A stretch of 64,000 nt of DNA from Laetmonice hystrix. Its lineage: Eukaryota. Of this stretch, positions 38,419 through 51,376 are shown in pieces. Made by a program: the position numbers and the translations under genes. The notes beneath the pieces were generated by a model, which saw only the letters and a program-made list of their open reading frames with translations, made no database searches and was not told where the DNA came from. The first letter of the stretch is position 1, and the number at the start of each line of letters is the position of its first letter. The stretch covers positions 17,050,001-17,114,000 of the forward strand of contig OZ249453.1 of the NCBI GenBank assembly GCA_965235115.1. The letters run 5' to 3'.

Positions 38419-40232
38419 TTATAATGTCAGAATGTTGCATCAATAAATGGGTGTACATTGTATAGGAAACTGTATGGCTAGACTATGACCAAACGTAAAT
38501 ACTGAATGATGATTGGTGCCCTTCGCATGGCCTGGTTTATGGTGATGCAGAAAACGAGGCTGGTGCATGTCACGTGATGGGCGGCTACTCAGAGAGCAAT
38601 GGACGTGGTGGGGGGGGGGGGGGGGTGGCCTCAGTTGTCTGTCTCAGGGCAGAGGCTCCGATCAGTCTGATGTGTGTCACATGCTAAGATCATGACAGGC
38701 CCCTGCGGTCTGCCTAATCGTAGAACCCCAGACTGGCTTGATGACCTCATGGGGTCAAAAGATCACCCATCAAGTCTTGATCAGGAGATCATGTGACTGT
38801 CGGGGGAACCTGAGACGTAGTCGGCCGCGGTTCCGCACACTCTGCGATTTTCCTCTCAAGCGATCTCGGTGCGATTTAGAATTTAAAGGATAGAAGCCAC
38901 TATGCAGTACTGGCTTCCCATCCACGCATGATTCTACAAGGGGGGTTGCATATTATAACCCCCAAAATTATAAGGACATCTGAGGAAAAATTGCTCAGCG
39001 TTCTTGGGCTATAGGTCCCATCCCATAATGGTAATCGTTTGAGGGTTGGTATATTTACCAAACGACGGTAATGAAGGAGGCAGGTGATTAAAAATTTACA
39101 ACAGAAATCCGATTACTCTGCCGTGACGTTTAAGTTATAATTGGCCATTAATTTGACGGTATCCATAAAGTTGCAGTTGGATTTCTTTATAATACTGACA
39201 CCCACCATGCGTAGACAGGAGATTTGACAAAGTCTAGTCATGCTTAGTAATCTGTAAATAGTATAAAAAGAATTTTGCGGGGTAGAAAGGAGTCCATTTC
39301 CTGACCCTGCTCCTGACCTTACCCCCATCCTAAGTTTCGCGGGATTTTACTTTGAAAGAGCAACTCAAATAGTTGTGAGCGTGTGTAATAAGGCTGTAGC
39401 TTTCTGTGCTGCCAAGGTTTGCGTCTGGACGACGATAAATGAGAGCCTCATTCTGATCATGCCTCCAGGGTCAAAGGTCAGCAATGGAAGGGACGCTGCA
39501 TTCAAGACATGGCCGTCAACAAAGAGAGGCTACAAGAGAAGCTTTTCTCTTCCGGTTCGGTGGGGAGGTTAGTGGGGTGTCGGTATGGACGGCGAAAGAT
39601 AAGCGCCCTTGTCGCAACTAGGAGTTACCAACCGTGGGAAATCGAGACACGGTGAGCTGGCCCGATTGTCCATAAACAATTGCCTTTTGACTGGATAGCT
39701 CTCATTGGCTAAATAGATCCTGTGTGATAACTTAAACCTCTGATCAGGACGGGATGAAAGACTTGACGTACAACATGGATCGGGCCTTAAAATGTTCGGT
39801 GTTCGATTCCGAAAGGCCTGAGTTACCGGCGGTGGTAGCTGACTGGTAATTCATGTGGAGATTTATTGTATACTATCTCAGTAACAGCTGTTTCTCGTGT
39901 AATATTCATGTTAATGTTTACATGGACGTTCAGTCAGCAGGTTTAGGTGAGGAAGATGGTGATGATGCTATAATCAAGTGTGAATCAGGTATCCGCCTAA
40001 AATAAGTATGCGCGGGAACAATAATGGACAAGATATGGAAGAGCATTCAAAAAGAAATAGTTCTAGATCCACGAGTGTTCCGGGTGATAGTCATCTCCGA
40101 CAATTCGTCTCTGTGGAAATAGATAATTAAATGATCAGTGATCAGTGAAGCAATTACAAAGAAGTCAGAGTGTTTAATATACTTAGGCGCTTCATTTTGG
40201 AGAGGGCACGTGTCAAATGCACTTTCATCTCT

Positions 40233-41136
40233 GTTTCCCAGAGCCTGCCCTGAGCTATGGAGTCAGAAACCAAACAATTACTGACTGAGAGGTCAGGGGT
40301 TTCCCAGAGCCTGTCCTGAGCTATGGAGTCAGAAACCAAACAATTACTGACTGAGAGGCCAAGGGTTTCCCAGAACCTGCCCTGAGCTATGGAGTCAGAA
40401 ACCAAACAATTACTGACTGAGCCAGGGGTTTCCCAGAGTCTGCCCTGAGCTATGGAGTCAGAAACCAAACAATTACTGACTGAGCCAGGGGTTTCCCAGA
40501 GTCTGCCCTGAGCTATGGAGTCAGAAACCAAACAATTACTGACTGAGAGGCCAGAGGTTTCCCAGAGCCTGTCCTGAGCTATGGAGTCAGAAACCAAACA
40601 ATTACTGACTGGGCCAGGGGTTTCCCAGAGCCTGCCCTGAGCTATGGAGTCAGAAACCAAACAATTACTGACTGGGCCAGGGGTTTCCCAGAGTCTGCCC
40701 TGAGCTATGGAGTCAGAAACCAAACAATTACTGACTGGGCCAGGGGTTTCCCAGAGCCTGCCCTGAGCTATGGAGTCAGAAACCAAACAATTACTGACTG
40801 AGGGGCCAGGGGTTTCCCAGAGTCTGCCCTGAGCTATGGAGTCAGAAACCAAACAATTACTGACTGAGAGGCCAGGGGTTTCCCAGAGTCTGCCCTGAGC
40901 TATGGAGTCAGAAACCAAACAATTACTGACTGAGGGGCCAGGGGTTTCCCAGAGTCTGCCATGAGCTATGGAGTCAGAAACCAAACAATTACTGACTGAG
41001 GGGTCAGGGGTTTCCCAGAGTCTGACCTGAGCTATGGAGTCAGAAACCAAACAATTACTGACTGAGGAGCCAGGGGTTTCCCAGAGCCTGCCCTGAGCTA
41101 TGGAGTCAAAAACCAAACAATTACTGACTGAGGGGC
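40233..41136. repeat. Minisatellite, 63/66-bp units, 14 copies
   Basis: Core TTTCCCAGAGTCTGCCCTGAGCTATGGAGTCAGAAACCAAACAATTACTGACTG with a 3-bp length polymorphism. Confidence 0.97.
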
Positions 41137-42850
41137 TCAGAGTTTGGCCAATCACATTCACTGATGTTTCTTTCTCTATTTTATTTATTAAATTGTCTTT
41201 TTATCTAGTGTTAATGACTTTCGTTTCAGAATAATAACTTTTTCTTTTCTTCAGCCCCATATATAGTTGATAGATCTCGAGGCCTGCATTGTTCTCTAGA
41301 TAATTTGGTAATTGACCAAGGAAAGAGCAAGTCTCAGGTTAGACGTGGCTGAACCGGAAGAAGGAGGGATGGGGGAATCAGACGAGAGATATGAATCTGT
41401 TCGAGTGGAATATGTCCGGGGGGTACCAAGCGAGGGATCCCAGTAGGGGTCTGACCGTAGCTTGCTACTCTCCGGGAGCAAGGTCTGGCACAAGTCCCTT
41501 CCAGACCTACCCCCCCCCCCCCCGACTGATAATCGATGTCCCTACATGTACTTAACGACCCCAGGGACTACATCTCCTGGCACCCCAGGGAGCAGCTGCG
41601 ATTCGCTGTCTTGTTCTTTATGACCTTGCTTGACCTTGGGACTGCTAGCATGCAGTCTGAGCGCACATGGTGGAGGGGTGGACGTCGCGATACGAGACAG
41701 TTAGTAGACAAAACCAGCCGATTTAGTACTCAGCAGCTGAAAGTGGAAACATGACCGCATATTATGGCTGCAGTGTTGAATTATTGAGGAATACTCGCAC
41801 AGTTAGTCCGTGTATACGACATAACATTGTGACCAGGGTACGGGAGGGGGGAGGGGTGTCCAGGCGGGGTAAACGCGGGCAGTCAGTTCTCACAACTTCT
41901 AATTATCGTCAATTACCCTCATAGACATCCATGGCATATTATAAGCTGCGTAAATAATCCATAACTACAGATATATGCAAACTTATGACGTGGTGCAGGG
42001 GCAATGGAAACAACTGGCACTGTTAAAGATAATATCGCACGAATTTCAAGTCATACGTGGCGTTTCACAAAAAGAAATCTGAATTGCGGTTCTCCGATGA
42101 TCCAAAGCTTCCCTACCTTTCACATACATACATTCTAAAAGTCGGCAAATCTTATTGCAGTCACTGAAAATGGCCTACTTGGCTTCCGAGACCCCGGGAG
42201 TTGCTTTTCATATTCCTACGCACAAGGCTGTGTAAAATATGGTCTGTTCAAATTAGAAGCTCTTCTGTCAATGTTCGCATGATAGATGTTCGATTTGTAT
42301 CAGAGAAAATAGATTCCGAATATTGTCAGCATTATTCTCGGGAAAATCACAGATATTCTTTTCACGAATTCTGGAACTAGATTCGTTGCGGACTGATATA
42401 CTTGTCGAAGAGGGTGGCGCCCCCTGGATATTCGGGCCAAGTCGGTGTCATAACCTACTCCGCTCACCTATAATGAACCTATTGATATCACACTAAAAAT
42501 ATTATTTAGATGTTTCAAATAATGCACGTAATAGTATTTACTATGCGGCCTAGTTGTAGCTGCGCCTACAATTTATTTTTCGGGAATTGATGTGGGGAAC
42601 TATATTCTGTACGTGCGGATGTACACAACAGCGCGGACCAACACGACGTTCAACGTATACACTGGTCACTGGGAGATCTTACAACACTGCCTTACCGGTC
42701 TATAAATACCAGCTGCCCAGATTTACTTGGAATCGTTCGCCACATTCTATGAATGTAAGACCGAATCTGGCTTCTTTAGTGGGCAAAATACTCCATAAAT
42801 CCATGCGGACCCCCCCCCCCCCCCCCCCAGACGTGCCAAAGCCGACCGCC

Positions 42851-44271
42851 TGATAGGAAGACCTGCAGTGATAGCACGACCTGCAGTGATAGCACGACCT
42901 GCAGTGATAGCAAGACCTGCAGTCATAGCACGACCTGCAGTCATAGCACGACCTGCAGTCATAGCACGACCTGCAGTCATAGCACGACCTGTATACGTAG
43001 GATTGGTGTGATGGAAGATGATGACCAGAGAAAGAATGTATCATACAGCTATAGCTGTCTTGTTAACTTACAATTGACGTTATGGCTGGAACGTGAGAAA
43101 TACGCGCCCAGTGACAGGTCGATAGCAGGATATGGTGTCCGACATGATTTGGTACCCAGGAGGTTGATAGATTACATACATACGTGTTAGGACGATCTGC
43201 AGTGATAGCACGACCTGCAGTGATAGCACGACCTGCAGTGATAGCACGACCTGCAGTGATAGCACGACCTGCAGTGATAGCACGACCTGAAGTGATAGCA
43301 CGACCTGCAGTGATAGCACGACCTGCAGTGATAGCAAGACCTGCAGTCATAGCACGACCTGCAGTCATAGCACGACCTGCAGTCATAGCACGACCTGCAG
43401 TGATAGCACGACCTGAAGTGATAGCACGACCTGCAGTGATAGCACGACCTGCAGTGATAGCACGACCTGCAGTGATAGCACGACCTGGAGTGATAGCACG
43501 ACCTGCAGTGACAGCACGACCTGCAGTGACAGCACGACCTGCAGTGACAGCACGACCTGCAGTGATAGCACGACCTGCAGTGATAGCACGACCTGCAGTG
43601 ATAGCACGACCTGCAGTCATAGCAAGACCTGCAGTGATAGGAAGACCTGCAGTGATACACAACCTGCAGTGATAGCACGACCTGCAGTCATAGCACGACC
43701 TGCAGTCATAGCACGACCTGCAGTGTTAGGACGATCTGCAGTGATAGCACGACCTGCAGTGATAGCACGACCTGCAGTGATAGCACGACCTGCAGTGACA
43801 GCACGACCTGCAGTGACAGCACGACCTGCAGTGATAGCAAGACCTGCAGTGATAGCACGACCTGCAGTAGCACGACCTGCAGTGATAGCACGACCTGCAG
43901 TGATAGCACGACCTGCAGTGACAGCACGACCTGCAGTGACAGCACGACCTGCAGTGATAGCACGACCTGCAGTGATAGCAAGACCTGCAGTGATAGCACG
44001 ACCTGCAGTCATAGCACGACCTGCAGTCATAGCACGACCTGCAGTCATAGCACGACCTGCAGTCATAGCACGACCTGTATACGTAGGATTGGTGTGATGG
44101 AAGATGATGACCAGAGAAAGAATGTATCATACAGCTATAGCTGTCTTGTTAACTTACAATTGACGTTATGGCTGGAACGTGAGAAATACGCGCCCAGTGA
44201 CAGGTCGATAGCAGGATATGATGTCCGACATGATTTGGTACCCAGGAGGTTGATAGATGACATACATACGT
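42851..44271. repeat. Compound structure: 18-bp minisatellite (GCACGACCTGCAGTGATA) plus a duplicated 195-bp unique block
   Basis: Array 42851-42990, block 42991-43185, array 43186-44076, block copy 44077-44271 (two substitutions seen). Confidence 0.96.
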
Positions 44272-44410
44272 CAGAAATCTGTGACATGTTATACACTGTG
44301 CCGGGTATAGGTGGGGACCGTAATAGTAGACTGCACATCGCTGCTTATTGAGTCGGATACGGGAACTGAGGAGCCATAATCTGCATGGAGTGCCTTGCTA
44401 ACAAGCGATG

Positions 44411-44451
44411 CGACACGACTCCCCATTGGCTGTCAATGGAGAGTCGTGTCG
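44411..44451. other. 18-bp stem hairpin (one mismatch, 5-nt loop), probably the central palindrome of a decayed MITE
   Basis: CGACACGACTCCCCATTG-GCTGT-CAATGGAGAGTCGTGTCG. Confidence 0.6.
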
Positions 44452-46143
44452 GATCGGTGTCCGGTCGGACAAGTGTGCGGTAGTCCTTGAAATGTAATTA
44501 ACCCCCACCCCCCACCCCTACCCCCACCCACCGTATAGCCTGTCTGGCTCCCATCATAACGAAAGTGAAGCGAATTTCAGCCTGCATTGTGTCCAGTTAA
44601 ACTCTGTAATATTGATTTCAAGATAATTATATTGGTCTTCAACTTTGTGAACCTGCCCACAGTCGGGAGTGTGTCTCACTCCGCAATATAGGCCTACTTC
44701 ACTTCTCCAAATCCCCTGTTTGTAATTATCTTTATAATTAGCTTTCTAGTTTAGCGAGAATTCTGCATGGTAATTAACACCATTCCATGAATGCTCGTAA
44801 TTATGTGTCCTAGAGTTTAAAAACACCATGGCAGAACGCCCTTGTTGGGTTTGAAACCAGGTCAAGGTCCCAAGTGAATGCTCCCATAATCCAACCAACC
44901 GGAAGTTTGAATTCAGACCTAAATACCAACACATTAGAGAAGTTTAAGCCAATTACGTATTTAAAAGGAATTAAAATTCCACGGGTAGCTAGAATAATTC
45001 ATGACTGCTATGTGTGCCCATTATTTCCTTCCCATATCGACACAATTTAGGATTTAGCTAGCATTCCATCTTGGCCTTCCTCAGAATCTTGGCCATCGTC
45101 CTCACCCTGGGAATATCTCCGTCATATCACATTATATTTACGGTGGAGTGCCAGTCTTGTTGCTAAATTCCTCACTGGAGTCGATGGTATTTCTGGTAGG
45201 TAATCGATCGACGACTTAACCAACAGGCGGTGGATAAGGTGATCGATCTATAATAGAAAAGCAGCTTGGGATTATATATGTGAGGGACGTATAACACGCA
45301 AGTTCTTAAACATACGAGAAAATGGTTTAGAAAAATGTGACACACGGAATGGATAACTTGCCCGCCAGGTGGCGCTCGAGGTAGGACTAATGGTCGGGAA
45401 ATCAGGAATGGGAATTATCTCAACGGATTTAAGATAATACCTCTTCTCGCATTAACAAATAAATCTGCTCCAAGATTCGGTCGTTTAAAGTGATCATTGT
45501 AGCAGTCGGGGCCCACCCATCAGTAATAACACAGTTAATACTAACGCCATCTACCGGGTGTTTCCCCCTCAGACCTCCAGGATTCCACTGACATGTCTAC
45601 CATTGAGATTCTTCAAGATTTCCTCCCCAAGAATAGACAGACAGCTGAGGAAGCAGAAGATATCTGATCAATTCCCACTATACGTGGTCATGACAGGGCA
45701 GACTGATGTGACGTAATAGGTGTGGTAGATTAAATCAATAATGTTGATGAGCTCATTATCTGTTCAGCCTATGTAAAGAGAAAATGATCTATGTTGATGT
45801 ATCTTACTTCAAACCCGAGCCACCCAACGTGTTCGTTAGTGGCCTCGCTGTCTGCACAGACACGGAATAACGTCAATTATTTCTTACACCACAAACGTCC
45901 CGGGTGATGCGAAATGGAATATCTTCTTCGTGACATTTATCTGAAAAAAAAACTAACGACCTGGAAGATGAGGGCAGGAAAGTCTAGAAGAAGTATGTTT
46001 TAGACCAGCCAGGATGACAAAACAGCGGGACTGGCCGGAGAAAAAATGAATGTGGAGTCAGGGGATGGTGTCCATCGTTGAGTACGCAAGTCAGGAAGGT
46101 TCTGGTTTTTAACAGTTGTAGACTCCTTTATCGTCTCGATTTG

Positions 46144-46733
46144 AATGCGGAACAGTTACAGAATCCGTCTGTTATAATGGTTCGGGAAGGTGGTTCCACT
46201 GTTAATGCGGGACAGTTACAGAATCCGTCTGTTATAATGGTCCGGGAAGGAGGTTCCTCTGTCAATGCGGAACAGTTACAGAATCCGTCTGTTATAATGA
46301 TTCGGGAAGGTGGTTCCTCTGTCAATGCGGAACAGTTACAGAATCGGTATGTTATAATGGTTCGGGAAGGTGGTTCCTCTGTCAATGCGGAACAGTTACA
46401 GAATCTGTCTCTTATAATGGTCCGGGAAGGTGGTTCCTCTGTCAATGCGGAACAGTTACAGAATCTGTCTGTTATAATGGTTCGGGAAGGTGGTTCCTCT
46501 GTCAATGCGGAACAGTTACAGAATCCGTCTGTTATAATGGTTCGGGAAGGTGGTTCCTCTGTCAATGCGGAACAGTTACAGAATCTGTCTGTTATAATGG
46601 TTCGGGAAGGTGGTTCCTCTGTCAATGCGGAACAGTTACAGAATCCGTCTGTTATAATGGTTCGGGAAGGTGGTTCCTCTGTCAGTGCGGAACAGTTGCA
46701 GAATCTGTCTGTTATAATAGTCCGGGAAGGTGT
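46144..46733. repeat. Minisatellite, 60-bp unit, ~10 copies
   Basis: Unit AATGCGGAACAGTTACAGAATCCGTCTGTTATAATGGTTCGGGAAGGTGGTTCCTCTGTC. Confidence 0.98.
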
Positions 46734-47480
46734 TTCCCCAGACCTGCCAAAACTCCGGGAGAACTCCCGAATTTGAGGGTTTTTTTGCCCTTTTCTCCCG
46801 ATCTCCCGACGGACCTGTGAAATCTCCCGCCTGACCATTCATTTGCAGAAAAAGATGGAGAGCGCCCCCTTTTTCAGACAAAACGTCAGGCTAGGCAGCG
46901 CCATCTAGTTGATGATGCTCACATTTATATAAGGCCTCTTTTCCTTTCTTTGACCTATCTTAATTTGCATGCTAATAACATTAATACCGTACTTGTATTT
47001 ACAAGACGTTTGATCGCTGGTACCGTTTCGCCACGAATTATCTCCCGCTTGGGATTACCTCAAGTGGGAGACTCTCCCACTTAGTACGTCTGTTTCCCCT
47101 GTCTCGCTCCGTCTCCCATGTGCCAGTGCTACATTGATTTACATCCGTATACACGATTGGAAGTGTGCGTTAAGGTATGGATCTCGACAGAGAGTACAAG
47201 GCGAGACTTTCTCTGTTCTCGACATCCGAGCAGCAAATTATGTAAGGGCGGGGAACGTGGGAAACTGTGTGACGGAATTGTATGGAGGATCGAATGGGTG
47301 GAGGAGGACGAGGGTGGATTGGGGCAGAGAGGGTGGGATGTAAGGTTTGGGAAGGTTGATAATGAAAAGTGGAATTGGGCGAGCAACCAGAAGTTACACT
47401 CACAAATTCGCGTCATTCGAGTGTATAGCAGTGATTTCGTCGATAAAGTTTACTCAATGGAAATCTGTAACAAATGGGGG

Positions 47481-47568
47481 TCATCGCGGTCATCGCGTCG
47501 TGTCACGATCATCGCGGTCATCGCGTCGTGTCACGATCATCGCGTCGCGTCACGATCATCGCGTCGCG
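47481..47568. repeat. Short CpG-rich tandem repeat, 28-bp unit, ~3 diverging copies
   Basis: TCATCGCGGTCATCGCGTCGTGTCACGA at 47481 and 47509, then a shortened copy. Confidence 0.85.
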
Positions 47569-48228
47569 TTCGGGCCTCTAGACCAACGCGCCAAGTGCCT
47601 CTGTGTGAGCCGTGGCATCCTCTGTGACAATCCGGTGGGTCTGCTATCGAGCAGCAGGAGGCAATGGCAGTAATAACTCGGACGCGGGGGGTGGGGCGGA
47701 TTAAAGGAATCCTGGAATGGCGGCTGCCTATTTATCCCGCATTTCTAAGCAAGATATTTATTTCTATTTCTATTTATCCTGGAATCTCTGCTGTTCTGAT
47801 CGTGTAATGACACTATGATCGCACCGCTTACGGTTCATGTTTACTGGGAGCGGATAGAAAGGGACCAAGGAAGGATTATGTAACGTTTGAACTATTTATT
47901 TGTGTTTGAATTGCTGTGACTTTGATTGCGAGACTTTAAGTCGGCTGAAGTAGAATCGGAATGTATTGTGTTGACTGGGGTCCAGATAAATCCATGTAAA
48001 AGGGAGGCCATCCCTCAGAAGAAAGCTACAAGTTGGGATACTTCAATAGAAAGGGGAAAAGCTGAAATGGTGTAAAGACCCGCCCCTGCCCACCGAAGAA
48101 GAAAAACTAACCTTTACCCCTGGTCCTCAGACCCCCCCCCCCCCCCGACTCCCAATCTCCGAACCCCACGTGATATGGGCGGGACCATATCGAGATATGA
48201 CGACAGTCCATGGCGGGTCACTGAGGGT

Positions 48229-49426
48229 CTGTTCCGGCTAGATATATCCGAACGGCTAGTTATGTCCAACAGGAGATATGTCCGCAAACATGAGCTAGAT
48301 GTGTCCGGAGAAATTGATATGTCTGCAAATATCAGCTAGATGTAAACTGCCGGTCTCGCTCAGCTTGGGCATATCCATTTTAATACATCGCTGAAACAGA
48401 AAAATTGAGAACTAAAAAAATCAGGGATTGGTCTGACTGTTCAGGGTCCAAGTCCTAACGTTCGTATCTGGCGTCTGGAGACACACGATAGCCCATTGAG
48501 AGTCAACTGGTTTGGAACCTTGCCGCAGTTTGATCACACTGACGGGGTATGGGTTCTATTTCTAGAACCCTTTTAGAAGAGTTGTCCACGGATCTTCGAG
48601 TTACACCCTCACCTCTCCCTCGTGGACACCAACCGAGCCGACACTCTTCGTACTGTCAGGTTTTCAACAGCGTCTGTTTCCAGACTACGACCGAACGTGG
48701 AGACCCGAGTCTCGCCTTTCCTAGACAGTTGTAAAGTGTTACTAATTGCTTTATATACCACCCTGTTGGTCGGGTACCACAGAACAGGTGTGACAAACAC
48801 AGTACAGGGGTTGATCACGATATTAAAGTATATCTCAGCGAAATCACAAACCTTAAGGTAGTTACGTTGTAGGTAAACATTTAAGCATACTTTTACAAAT
48901 GTATTTGTCTTGATTTCTAACATTTGGTTTAGTGAAAATCAAAGAAACATGTATACACCCAGCCAACAACCACCCATGCCAACGTCCTATAGACGAAGGT
49001 GACACCAAGCGTCAATAGAGATTATGCAGTGACGTCATTTGGAGGGAAACAGCATGGTTATGTTTCTGTGCATGGGCATTGGCGGAGTCGGGTCACGGTT
49101 CATTGGCTTCTATTGTCCAGTGCCTATTTATAAATGTACCTCGGTTTCTTGTCCCTCCGAAATACGTCACCTGCATAACCTCAATATCCACATTGCAGGT
49201 ATTGGTGGTATCTGTGATGGATGCTGCCATCTGGTGGTCAGTTTTATATAGGCGCAATCTAGAGGATAATCCGGATATGTCCGCAAATGTCAGCTAAATG
49301 TGTCCGGTAATCCGGATATGTCCGCAAATATCAGCTGGATGTGTCCGATATGTCATCTAGCTGATGTTTGCGGACATATCTCCTATCGGACATAACTAGC
49401 CGTTCGGACGTATCTAGCCGGAACAG
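48229..49426. mobile_element. Non-autonomous DNA transposon, ~1.2 kb, ~70-bp TIRs, 41-bp subterminal repeats, candidate 3-bp TSD GGT
   Basis: Left end CTGTTCCGGCTAGATATATCCGAACGGCTAGTTATGTCC... matches the reverse complement of ~49355-49426; GGT flanks at 48226-48228 and 49427-49429; 41-bp unit at 48275, 48316, 49271, 49312. No transposase recognised. Confidence 0.8.
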
Positions 49427-50659
49427 GGTCCAGCAAACATAATCTGTCCAGACCGACAGACCAGCAGTGAGGGGGGGGGGGGGTTCTTTCTTAGATCATC
49501 CAAGGCCAGGTGTTTCTCTGGTCAGTATGAGTTGACCGTGCGTGATGAGCGACAGCCGAGGCCGGTGCCATCTGAAAGATAACCCCCGATGTGTGCTAAC
49601 TTTCAAAGTTTTTTTTAGAAAGAAGCTGGATGGAAGGGGCTGGTGTATTACATGTAGTCGCGTAGACCTTGGACCAATAGGAAAGGACGTGACAGGTGTG
49701 GCTTCCACTTCGCCCACCCACACCTCGCAACACCTTGAAATGGATCTATAAAAAAATACAAATAACGGGAACGGTCGACATTAAATCTGTACATGTCCAC
49801 CACCGTAAACTAGGGTTATTTATAACCCCCAGCGAGCCAACCCGCATGTGGATTTGACACTATCCAACCGTAACAGGCAGGAAACTTGCTGGTGTTCTGT
49901 TCAGCCAAGCGTAACACACAGGTCATTTCGGTAATATGCCCCAGTTAAAAGGAGGAGACGAGACAGTTTGCGGTGTGAACATGCATGCGGCGAATCAACC
50001 TTTAATTCCGTTGACGAACGGCAACAATAACAGGTTAGTAAGGAAGTCATCTCGGTACGTTATGAACCTATGGCCTGCCTTGTTATGTGCAGTATGTCGG
50101 TCTATGTTATTGCCAAGGTCAGGTAGGCATTTCCACTCTTTGCATCAAGGTTCCAATTAACATATTTCTATAACGTATTTGTCAGTCAAGTTTGTCGCAG
50201 CAAAGTCGTCCGGTGGTAAGAATGGTGGTGTCTTGGTGACCCTACCTCCATCGTGTTAAGAGTGAACCATGTATTTCATACAGTACCCAGTCTGTTGTAT
50301 TGAAGGAAACGCTAGAAGCAGGCCTGGATGAGGTTTAATCATCCTATGTACAGATTAAACAGAACACAGGCCATCCCCGCTTGACCTTGGCCTTGACATT
50401 TGATCCTCGGAAAAGTGCAACATTGTGGGTGGTTTCCTATACAGATACAAACGTTTGGGGTTGCCGTTTGCCATGAATTGTGCCACGGCTGAATGCCACA
50501 CAGGATGCTCATTGACACGAAGATGTAGTAGAAATCGATTCCCTCAAAAGATTTGAAGGAGCTAAGGGGATTAAAGTCGGCTGTGGTAACGCAGGAGGCG
50601 GTCAGGGTCGGTCACGAGGTCTGTGATTGAGGAGGAATTAGGGGAATCGATACAGGATG

Positions 50660-50780
50660 AAATCAGGGCGGGGCCATCAAACGGGAGACGTTGATTGGTC
50701 GGACGTATACCGCGTGACGTCACGTCACGTCACGTCACGTCATCTCATGTGATAGCGCGGCCGTGCGCGCGTCGCAGGAC
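50660..50780 (+). promoter_or_regulatory. Promoter-like CpG-rich segment: GC box, inverted CCAAT and a CRE/ACGT pentamer run
   Basis: GGGCGGGG (50666-50673), ATTGG (50694-50698), TGACGTCACGTCACGTCACGTCACGTCA (50715-50742), then a CpG-dense stretch. Orientation inferred. Confidence 0.5.
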
Positions 50781-51337
50781 AGCGGCACATTTGTGAACAC
50801 CAGGCTGGCGTTACAGACCAAATAAGCTGAAAAAGGAGGTCTGAGTTGGCGATGCGAAGCAATAGTGTTCCTGCATCAACGTTTTTAATCTAGCAACATT
50901 TTAATAATATAGTTTCTTGCTCGTTCATAATCGGCAGACAACCATTCAATCACTCTCGCGACGAGAGCTGCTCTCACATAACAAATCAGGAAACATCTAA
51001 AACCAAGACAATACGTCACACTTCAAGTCCAGTCCCATTACAAGTAGCAGATGTCGGGACGCTCTTTTATTTGATCATTAATAATTGACACTTGCTCAAT
51101 CCATACGCCCTGGGACCCGGAAATAGGTCGTACACAGGCAACACGGTCGGGGTATGCGTAACCTGGCAGGGGCAGCCATGTCAGTTAGAGTACTGACTCT
51201 AATTAAGCGTGTCGAACACTCATATTAAACTTTGGACCGAGTAGGAGGCCATTTAATTAACAGCATAGATAGAGTGAGCCGGTTCTGGCGGACAAACGTG
51301 ACAGGGCCTACTTCTTTAACAACGTAACAATAACGTA

Positions 51338-51376
51338 ACGCCCCCTGGCGGACGATAACGTAACGCCCCCTGGCGG
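51338..51376 (-). promoter_or_regulatory. Duplicated CTCF-like motif
   Basis: ACGCCCCCTGGCGG at 51338-51351 and 51363-51376 (25-bp local duplication); reverse complement CCGCCAGGGGGCGT. Confidence 0.5.

Noticed and set aside
39795-39820. GTTCGATTCC as a tRNA/SINE B box
   Set aside because: No correctly spaced A box or cloverleaf.
40233-41136. (F/S)DSIAQGRLW as LINE reverse-transcriptase motif KAFDS....LW
   Set aside because: The upstream D..KA residues and all other RT motifs are absent from the flanks.
42700-44130. (CYHCRS)n ORFs as metallothionein-like or heme-binding proteins
   Set aside because: An 18-bp unit opens most frames on both strands; 15- and 17-bp variants break the Cys frame; no splice or start context.
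44746-44934. LTWFQ on the minus strand as a homeobox helix 3
   Set aside because: Followed by TQQ rather than NRR, and no upstream helices; no homeobox found anywhere in the window.
13664-46733. Apparent excess of repeat periods divisible by three
   Set aside because: About 9-10 of ~21 arrays versus ~7 expected; not a convincing excess.
46739-46840. CAGACCTGCCAA as a hAT-type MITE left end
   Set aside because: No matching inverted right end found nearby.
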